Source of the DNA: Nitrososphaerota archaeon
GTDB lineage: Archaea; Thermoproteota; Nitrososphaeria; Nitrososphaerales; UBA57
Direction: 5' to 3'
Length of the DNA: 32,000 bases
NCBI GenBank assembly: GCA_016871995.1
Contig: VHBL01000005.1
Location: forward strand, 1-32,000
In this document: positions 8,425 to 14,642 of the stretch, piece by piece
Position numbering within the stretch: the stretch's first letter is position 1
Layout: each line of letters opens with the position of its first letter
The notes under the pieces: model-generated
Databases searched by the model: none
What the model was told of the DNA's origin: nothing
What the model saw: the letters and a program-made list of their open reading frames with translations, nothing else
Made by a program: the position numbers and the translations under genes

Positions 8425-9209
8425 CAGATTTCTGGCATGTTTCGCTTGTGCATCGATGCCTTGTGCATCTTCAGAACAGATTCTACTTCTTTTAGCGTAT
8501 TCCCGGTCGCCTTTGCAGTTTCCTGTGGAGAGCGTTTTTCGTCAAATATGCAGAAGAGTATTTTGTCTATGGTATCATACGGTAGTCCCAAGTCGGCTTC
8601 TGCCTCCTGCCCAAGCCAAAGTCTTGGACTGCTCTTCTTCTCAACGATATTGTTAGGAATGCCCAGATACTTGCCAAGAGCTCTGACCTGTGTTTTATAG
8701 AGCCCTCCAATAGGAAGAGCGTCCACACCTCCATCTCCATACTTTGTAAAATACCCTATCAGGGCTTCACTTCTGTCCCCCGTGCCCAGAACGATCCTGT
8801 TCACGAGGTTAGAGTGATAATACAGCAGAATCATCCGCACTCTAGCAAGAAGATTCCCTTCAGGCACTCTATCAGGGATAACGAACTGCATGAACGCATT
8901 CTTTATAGCTGCAAGCTCAATCTTCCTGTACTCTATTCCAAGGCTGGAGGCAAGATTCTCTGCATCTTGCACATCTATGTCTGGAGTCGTACCAGAAAGC
9001 GGCATTAATAGTGCAAGCACTCTATGCTCTGGAAGGGCTCTCCTTGCAAGAGCAGCTACAACTGCAGAATCTATTCCTCCTGAAAGTCCCAGTATTACTC
9101 CTTCTGCACTAGCTTCGGCAACCTTCTGGAAGATAAAGTCCTGAATTTTCTTTGCAACAGAGGCATAGTCAAGTCGCTGAAGTTTTTCGGAAAAGTCCTG
9201 TTGGGCCAT
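8412..9209 (-). CDS. nadE: NH3-dependent NAD+ synthetase
   Basis: PP-loop GLSGGIDSAVVAAL. Length of 265 aa and the overall NadE pattern fit (YFTKYGDGG). Confidence 0.9.
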   Translation of the reverse strand: MAQQDFSEKLQRLDYASVAKKIQDFIFQKVAEASAEGVILGLSGGIDSAVVAALARRALPEHRVLALLMPLSGTTPDIDVQDAENLASSLGIEYRKIELAAIKNAFMQFVIPDRVPEGNLLARVRMILLYYHSNLVNRIVLGTGDRSEALIGYFTKYGDGGVDALPIGGLYKTQVRALGKYLGIPNNIVEKKSSPRLWLGQEAEADLGLPYDTIDKILFCIFDEKRSPQETAKATGNTLKEVESVLKMHKASMHKRNMPEICQVL

Positions 9210-9251
9210 GCAGATTGCTGTTGGTTTACTCTTGAATTAAGTATTGTTATG

Positions 9252-9680
9252 CTATTCTTTATCCTCTGGTTCAACTTTGCGTCTGACCAGAAATGATGCA
9301 GAAACTGCTATCACGCCAGCTATCAGAAATGGTAAAACTATCTCTGTTACCCCGAGGGGTGTTGGTGCATAAATCGATGCAACAGAACTATCTTTGGGCA
9401 TGTCAATGACTGCCTGCTGAGCTTCTGGAGCTTGCAAAGCAGCTCTTGGAGGCTCTGGTGCTGCCATCCCCGCCTGTTCGGCTGGAGCGTTTGCAAGGCT
9501 TTTGTTTTCTGGCAATCTTGCAGCTATCGGCGCTCTTTGTGGTTGTGGGACTGCTGAAGGGCTATATGCTATTTGGGCTGTTTGAGAAGGCAATTCAAAT
9601 GAAACTGTTCCAAGAACTGCCACTGCTAGAACAAACCCAGCTATACAGGCCAGCACTGTTTTGTTCTGAGCGCTCACCAT
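9252..9680 (-). CDS. Membrane protein with N-terminal TM, Pro/Ala-rich spacer and C-terminal TM plus RRK tail
   Basis: I prefer the ATG at 9680, preceded by GAGGAAAGTG, over the TTG at 9731. N-terminal TM is VLACIAGFVLAVAVLGTV. The middle is low-complexity and rich in A, P and Q. The C-terminus is VLPFLIAGVIAVSASFLVRRKVEPEDKE. Confidence 0.55.
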   Translation of the reverse strand: MVSAQNKTVLACIAGFVLAVAVLGTVSFELPSQTAQIAYSPSAVPQPQRAPIAARLPENKSLANAPAEQAGMAAPEPPRAALQAPEAQQAVIDMPKDSSVASIYAPTPLGVTEIVLPFLIAGVIAVSASFLVRRKVEPEDKE

Positions 9681-9741
9681 AACACTTTCCTCGTTGTATC
9701 TATGTAATGGAATCGATATAAGACCAAGCAATAGAACGGTG

Positions 9742-10059
9742 TCATCTTCGATTTTCTTCCTTCTGTTTTACCGTCATTTCGCCCTGGAGAATCTTTACCT
9801 GCGCTGCAACTTCAAAATTCTGAATCTCCTGCTCTGTCAAACCCTTTTGCTTTAATCGTTGCACTGTGTTCTTTAGAAACTCTACCGAAATGTTGTGCCC
9901 TCCAAACCTGCCGAAAGCGACTCCCCTGAATGGAAGATCCTCTCCATCAAATACTATATGCCCTCTGAGATGATACATACCCTCCTTGCCCTTTATCGAA
10001 GTTACAATAGTCTGGAAAGGTTTCGAGAACATCCCGCTCCTAGAATGATCTTCTTCCAT
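9742..10059 (-). CDS. Hypothetical protein (105 aa)
   Basis: ORF spaced 8 bp after the upstream wHTH gene, which suggests an operon. I recognise no motif. Confidence 0.5.
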   Translation of the reverse strand: MEEDHSRSGMFSKPFQTIVTSIKGKEGMYHLRGHIVFDGEDLPFRGVAFGRFGGHNISVEFLKNTVQRLKQKGLTEQEIQNFEVAAQVKILQGEMTVKQKEENRR

Positions 10060-10067
10060 ATCATCGC

Positions 10068-10523
10068 CTAGAACGGTTTATTCTTCCAGGACCGCAAAGT
10101 TTCGTACCACGTAACTGCAGCTGCTACACCAGAGAATAAAGCTGCAAATACGTTAAGAGATTCTGCATAGCGGATTATGTAGAAGCCAAACAGAGTGCTG
10201 AAGAATACGGCGTAGAAGGAAAACCTTGGTAGCATGAACTTGCCTATTCTGGAAAAGCCCTGCAACATGCCAACCTCTACCTGCTTGTAAAGCAGGTACC
10301 TCCCGTATTCGTCCTGACCAACTACTCCTATCTCTTTGAGCTTCTCAAGGTGATGGTGTGCTACGCTAGGGCTGGAAAGACCCAATGCTCTCTGGATCTC
10401 TCTAACACCCGAAGGTTCTCCCTTGCTGATCATGTACCAGTATATCCTCAGTCTTTGCTTGTTGGTGAATATGTCCTCTATGGCTGCGGGACTGTCTGAG
10501 CGTTCTACCAAGTTCTTATCCAT
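10068..10523 (-). CDS. Membrane-tethered winged-helix (ArsR-like) transcription regulator
   Basis: wHTH region RLRIYWYMISKGEPSGVREIQRALGLSSPSVAHHHLEKLKEIGVV. Two C-terminal TM segments follow: FMLPRFSFYAVFFSTLFGFYII and LNVFAALFSGVAAAVTWY. Confidence 0.7.
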   Translation of the reverse strand: MDKNLVERSDSPAAIEDIFTNKQRLRIYWYMISKGEPSGVREIQRALGLSSPSVAHHHLEKLKEIGVVGQDEYGRYLLYKQVEVGMLQGFSRIGKFMLPRFSFYAVFFSTLFGFYIIRYAESLNVFAALFSGVAAAVTWYETLRSWKNKPF

Positions 10524-10631
10524 TTGACAAACACTCTATATAAACCAAAACCGATGCAGAAACTAAATTCACAATCTTGCAATATTCAATTAACTCGAGT
10601 AATAATCAACCGTCACCAGTTATGCAGATCT

Positions 10632-11162
10632 ATGCCCACTGCAAGACTAAACTTTTCGGAAGAAACTATACATGCTGCGAGCGATGCCCTTGATATAATA
10701 TTGCCAAACAAGAAGACTAGGGACGCAGCAAAGCTCTTCGTTGAATGGCTGAAGAATAAAGGAGGCTCGGCATCAAAGAACGCTGTAAGCAACTTTGCCG
10801 ATGAACTCCAGAACGGTTCCATGATGGTTAGAAATGTTCCATTCTCGTATAGCAGGAGGAACTTCTATCTGACATTGTTAAGGACGCTGGTGAGTTTGGG
10901 GTTTATTCAAAGAAATGTTCCAATCTGGGATTCTGCAAGGAAGCAGACCGTCTATGTTTATTCACGTAATATCTTTGACATACCACAGAAGCCACCCTCT
11001 GTAGGGTTCTGGAGGCTCTCTTACTATGTCTGCAGGAAGTGGAACGACATCTTCTTGGAGAAGGCACAGGAAAATATTTCAGCTAAGCTTGGTCTGCATC
11101 TCGAACCTGATTCCCAGAATTTCAGCCATCATCTTGGTCAAAACAAGGTGCTTGTTCCATGA
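10632..11162 (+). CDS. Hypothetical protein, possible wHTH
   Basis: I prefer the ATG at 10632. The track's TTG at 10524 abuts the divergent gene and leaves no promoter space, while a TATA-like CTATATAAA sits at about 10535. FYLTLLRTLVSLGFIQRN...KQTVYVY looks like a helix plus wing. The 3' end overlaps the convergent PadR gene by 84 bp. Confidence 0.45.
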   Translation: MPTARLNFSEETIHAASDALDIILPNKKTRDAAKLFVEWLKNKGGSASKNAVSNFADELQNGSMMVRNVPFSYSRRNFYLTLLRTLVSLGFIQRNVPIWDSARKQTVYVYSRNIFDIPQKPPSVGFWRLSYYVCRKWNDIFLEKAQENISAKLGLHLEPDSQNFSHHLGQNKVLVP

Positions 11163-11447
11163 AGGCAACAGAGTCTCCCGCTCTAGTGCAAGATACGACT
11201 TGCCTCTGGCAGTCGTAATATACTTCTTTTGCCCTTTGGTTGGTGTAAATATCTCGCTTATCAATTCCTCTTTGGCCAACCTTTCCAAGATATAATAGAT
11301 TGAGCCTGGGCTCGGCTTCCATGCACCGTTGGTCATTTCGGAAATCTTCTGAACCATATCGACTCCACTTGAGGGAGTCTTCGCTGCCATGTCAAGGATC
11401 AGTATTCTAAGTAGTCCCTTTGGCGCGCTAATGGCATTCTTCGGCAA
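11079..11447 (-). CDS. PadR family transcriptional regulator
   Basis: LRILILDMAAKTPSSGVDMVQKISEMTNGAWKPSPGSIYYILERLAKEELI is the canonical PadR wHTH, including the SPGSIY motif. Confidence 0.8.
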   Translation of the reverse strand: MPKNAISAPKGLLRILILDMAAKTPSSGVDMVQKISEMTNGAWKPSPGSIYYILERLAKEELISEIFTPTKGQKKYITTARGKSYLALERETLLPSWNKHLVLTKMMAEILGIRFEMQTKLS

Positions 11448-11449
11448 TT

Positions 11450-11755
11450 TTACGGGCTGCTATTTTCCTTGAGCTCTTCTGGTGGGTTGCTGGTGCTTTC
11501 CTGGACCATCGGTTCTGGAACTCCAGTATCCTCTTTCATCTCCTTAACCTTCGGAGAGAATCTATTCAAGAAGACATCTAGGACAACATCATTGCCAGTC
11601 TTGTCCTGTCCAAGCTCTATGCGCATGCTGACCTGATTTCTTACTGACAGTTTCTCCAATAATTCTGCCTTGAGCCTGTCGACAAGATACATGTTGTACA
11701 GGAGCTGGCCGATTTTAGCCTTGAGTTCTTCTTCGCTATTGAACCAGTAACCCAT
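11450..11755 (-). CDS. Hypothetical protein (101 aa) with acidic/Pro-rich tail, co-oriented 2 bp upstream of padR
   Basis: ORF with an ATG start and a TATA-like ATTTATAT about 25-30 nt upstream. I recognise no motif. Confidence 0.5.
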   Translation of the reverse strand: MGYWFNSEEELKAKIGQLLYNMYLVDRLKAELLEKLSVRNQVSMRIELGQDKTGNDVVLDVFLNRFSPKVKEMKEDTGVPEPMVQESTSNPPEELKENSSP

Positions 11756-11807
11756 AAGGGATCAGATAATTAGGTTTGATATAAATAAAAAAAGAGTGGA
11801 GATCGGA

Positions 11808-11948
11808 TTAACCTCCGATCCTGAATACTTTGCTTCCACACTTCGGGCAGGTGCCCGATGTTGCTGGCTTGCCGTTCTTCAGTTTGACTTTCTTTGGATT
11901 CTGGATCTCCACTTTCTTCCTGTCCTTCACACAGTATGCTTGAACCAA
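11808..11948 (-). CDS. Small zinc-ribbon protein (DUF5679-like), 46 aa, not in the ORF track
   Basis: Hand translation from the TTG at 11948 gives MVQAYCVKDRKKVEIQNPKKVKLKNGKPATSGTCPKCGSKVFRIGG. It matches the widespread AYCVKC...NG.PA..G.CP.CG.K.FRIG small-protein pattern. The track's ORFs 11770-11964 (-) and 11796-11987 (+) are in other frames and look non-coding. Confidence 0.6.
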   Translation of the reverse strand: MVQAYCVKDRKKVEIQNPKKVKLKNGKPATSGTCPKCGSKVFRIGG

Positions 11949-12306
11949 GTGAATCTCGGCACATGCGTGCGCAAGGTTAGTATTTAAGCACTAGCCTTGA
12001 TTGGCTAGAAAACGGCTTTTTGGCCCAATATCTCTGTCAAAAATAGGTTTTGTCAGAAATTGGATTAAATCGTCCGCTATTTCTGTCTTTGTTGTGTTAT
12101 GTCAGGAGGAGATATTGCAACTCTAAAGTCTAATCGTGGTTATCCGGGGGAAAATGGCATAAAAACCAAATTTGGCAAGCATTGCCAGAAGGATATCAAG
12201 CTTATTCTCTGGTTTAGCATTCAAGGCATATGGACAATTTATCCATTTCCAGCGTTTTTCTGGCTCCGATAAACTTTTAGGGTTTTTTAGGAGGTCTGCT
12301 ATCCGG

Positions 12307-12555
12307 TCAGACGATATGCTCTATTGCCTTTTGTGCGTCATCTGCTGAGATTATTCCTGAATTTATCATGGCCTCCAACAATCTTAGCACTAACAGCTCT
12401 CCGGTAGCATTGCTAATGCTATCCGGTACGACTAAGCATATTTCATCGATTATTATGTCTGCAGTTCTGTCTTGTCCGCCTTCCCAGCTGCCAGGTATTC
12501 TGATGATGTAATCTTCTCCCTCTTTTACAAGCTCCTGCCTGATGACTTCTGTCAT
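12307..12555 (-). CDS. Hypothetical protein (82 aa)
   Basis: ATG-initiated ORF with acidic composition. I recognise no motif. Confidence 0.45.
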   Translation of the reverse strand: MTEVIRQELVKEGEDYIIRIPGSWEGGQDRTADIIIDEICLVVPDSISNATGELLVLRLLEAMINSGIISADDAQKAIEHIV

Positions 12556-12625
12556 GATTATGATTCTGTTGGATGCGGTATAAAGAGTGTAAGGCTAATA
12601 TTGTCGGATATTTGGAAGGCGGATA

Positions 12626-13483
12626 TTGTCCAGTGAGCCTGAAGATTTAGAGCGGAAACTCGGTTTTGCTAACATACTCTTGGTTGCTGGCACAGCTTTG
12701 TTTGTTCAGGTTTCTACTCTGGTTCTTGCAATACCGTTTGTACCTTTCTATTCTGAGCTTCCATCATACGAACCTGCTGGACAGGAGGGTGCTGGCCCTA
12801 TCTTGAATTCTGTAATCCTGATAGCTATGGCTGCCTTTGCCACTATAGTGATGCTGGTCTTGATAAAATTGAAGAGGGAATCTCTGCTGAAAGTCGTTCT
12901 GGGGATCCTTATAGCTGTGGGGAGCATATCGATAAGCTATACCGTGGCTCTGGTCTGGCTGTCTTATCTTGTGGATGATTCTTCTCTTCCTGCTTTGATC
13001 TTGGGAGTGATGTTTGCTGTTGCTGTCTTTATGGTAACGGTAAGGCCAAGATTCAAGAGGGTAAATTTGATCGTCAGTTTGGTTATGGCCATTTTGTTTG
13101 CGACGTCCTTTGCAATATTTCTGAAACCTCCTACTTCTTTGGTCCTTCCAGTTGCTTTTGCTATCTACGACATTTATGCCGTCTTTGCTGGGCCTTTGAA
13201 GGCCCTTCTGAGCCAGAAGGAAAGTACTGTCGATGCCTTTGCTCCTCTATTGCTGAACGTTGGAGGCATCCATATCGGGCTTGGGGACTTTATCTTCTAC
13301 GGGATGCTCCCTGCTACTGCACTACTGCTATCTGGATGGTACGCTTCTGCTTTAGTTTCTGGGATAATCCTTGCTGGCCTTGCTGCGACTTTACTATTTC
13401 TAAAGAGGTTCAGAATGTTTCCTGGCCTGCCGATTCCCCTTATAATCGGTACTGCTGTTTTGGCTGGCGTGCTGTACCTTTAG
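12626..13483 (+). CDS. Presenilin / signal-peptide-peptidase homologue (A22 family GxGD intramembrane aspartyl protease)
   Basis: Polytopic membrane protein. It has the YD motif (AFAIYDIYAVF), the GxGD motif (HIGLGDFIFYG) and a C-terminal Pro-containing TM (PGLPIPLIIG) in the position of the PAL motif. The start is TTG and is uncertain. Confidence 0.75.
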   Translation: MSSEPEDLERKLGFANILLVAGTALFVQVSTLVLAIPFVPFYSELPSYEPAGQEGAGPILNSVILIAMAAFATIVMLVLIKLKRESLLKVVLGILIAVGSISISYTVALVWLSYLVDDSSLPALILGVMFAVAVFMVTVRPRFKRVNLIVSLVMAILFATSFAIFLKPPTSLVLPVAFAIYDIYAVFAGPLKALLSQKESTVDAFAPLLLNVGGIHIGLGDFIFYGMLPATALLLSGWYASALVSGIILAGLAATLLFLKRFRMFPGLPIPLIIGTAVLAGVLYL

Positions 13484-13509
13484 GGCCCTCAGGTTAACTT
13501 CTATGGACA

Positions 13510-13523
13510 GGGCTGCAAAGCCC
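13510..13523 (+). other. Hairpin GGGCT-GCAA-AGCCC (GNRA tetraloop)
   Basis: Perfect 5-bp stem with a GCAA loop, read directly. Lies 27 nt after the presenilin-like stop codon. Confidence 0.4.
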
Positions 13524-13545
13524 CGAACGTTATACACACGCATAA

Positions 13546-13560
13546 CCCCCGTATAGGGGG
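13546..13560 (+). other. Hairpin CCCCC-GTATA-GGGGG with an alternative distal partner (GGGGG at 13590-13594)
   Basis: Perfect 5-bp G/C stem. ATAACCCCC (13542-13550) can alternatively pair with GGGGGTATTAT (13590-13600), leaving one bulged base. Confidence 0.4.
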
Positions 13561-13624
13561 ACTGAAGCACCTGTACGCAAAGCTACAACGGGGGTATTAT
13601 GATGAGATCAATCTTCTCTGATCT

Positions 13625-13805
13625 GATTACTTCATGTTGCAGAGTAACCTTCTGGAATTGTATGAGATCATTGTTTTGCTGTCATAGATCTCTGATTAGT
13701 AAATGAGTACTATGTTACTATTAGAGCAGAGATTACTAACCGAGTATCTGTGTGCGGATTATCCGCAATTCCTGACTTTCGATTAGTAAAAAACCTAATC
13801 ATTAG
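13625..13805. repeat. Array of GATTA(C/G)T(A) half-sites plus palindromes
   Basis: GATTACT occurs at 13625, GATTAGTAA at 13694, GATTACTAA at 13731 and GATTAGTAA at 13781. A composite palindrome ATTAGTAA-ATG-AGTACT-ATG-TTACTATT spans 13695-13722. A 15-bp perfect palindrome TGCGGAT-T-ATCCGCA spans 13753-13767. CTAATCATTAG spans 13795-13805. Confidence 0.5.
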
Positions 13806-13967
13806 TTGAAGAATTCAAAAGTGTTGTTTATGAGCCATTACCAGGGTAAAAGATCACCTTTTTAGCATGAATCAGGTTGGCTACGGCTACGACTTAGAAT
13901 GTCCAGTCATGGATATAAATACAATCCTCAGTTGCATTTTTTAGCTTTTTGCGAGGTGAATTAGGGT

Positions 13968-14642
13968 ATGATTGTTTTTGTTGATAAAAGGGAATCGAAC
14001 CTTCTTAGACTTCTCAAAAAAGTCTGTCAGCCACGCAGCGTCAGACTCCCCTTTGGCGACCTTATGATTGCAGGCAGTGGAGGAGCTTTAGTCATAGAAC
14101 GCAAGACGGTGCGAGACCTCATAAATTCAATCAGGTCAAACAGGCTTTGGAATCAACTGCTAGGTCTGATGAAGGTAAATGAAGTTCTAGGTTACGTGGT
14201 CAAGCGAAGATTACTTGTTATCCAAGGAGGTTTTTGGGAGTACACAAATATCTCTTCTGTCAGGGAAGGGCGCTTTTGGAGCAACATATTCGGATCCCTC
14301 TTAGCAGTAAATTTTGTTTATAATACTCCTTGCATAGTGTGTGAAAACAACTATGCGTTCGAAGTCTTCCTTCGAATACTATTGCAAAGGGAAGAAAGTG
14401 GTAAGAACGACCAGTTGCCTCAAGGAAGGTGGTACAAGAAATCCGTAGGGAGGCTCCCTGTGAAGGACGTCAAACAGTACGTTCTAGATGCAATACCAAG
14501 CATAGGCGAAACACATGCAAAGAAGTTGCTCGATTCTTATCAGACAATACTCAATATAGCAACAAGCAGTAAGAGTGAACTAATGAGAGTTCCAGGTATT
14601 GGGGCGAAGCGAGCTGAAAAGATATATGAAATATTTCATTGA
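13968..14642 (+). CDS. xpf: Short-form XPF/ERCC4 structure-specific nuclease with C-terminal (HhH)2
   Basis: ERCC4 signature: VFVDKRE ... FGDLMIAG...ALVIERKTVRDLINSI (GDx(n)ERKxxxD). The C-terminus carries tandem helix-hairpin-helix elements (IPSIGETHAKKLL ... VPGIGAKRAEKIY). A GAGGTGA Shine-Dalgarno-like sequence precedes the ATG. Confidence 0.85.
   Translation: MIVFVDKRESNLLRLLKKVCQPRSVRLPFGDLMIAGSGGALVIERKTVRDLINSIRSNRLWNQLLGLMKVNEVLGYVVKRRLLVIQGGFWEYTNISSVREGRFWSNIFGSLLAVNFVYNTPCIVCENNYAFEVFLRILLQREESGKNDQLPQGRWYKKSVGRLPVKDVKQYVLDAIPSIGETHAKKLLDSYQTILNIATSSKSELMRVPGIGAKRAEKIYEIFH

Noticed and set aside
10524-10631. Upstream 36 codons of the 212-aa ORF (TTG start at 10524)
   Set aside because: This start would abut the divergent gene's start codon with zero promoter space. 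A TATA-like CTATATAAA lies inside the stretch, so the ATG at 10632 is preferred.
11770-11987. Track ORFs 11770-11964 (-) and 11796-11987 (+)
   Set aside because: Their translations look random. A different minus-strand frame gives the conserved zinc-ribbon protein (11808-11948), which explains the open frames.
13599-13626. C/D-box sRNA (ATGATGA - 12 nt - CTGA)
   Set aside because: Only one box pair has correct spacing. There is no convincing C'/D pair 12 nt apart and no terminal stem flanking the boxes. I kept it only as one alternative within the duplicated-unit finding.
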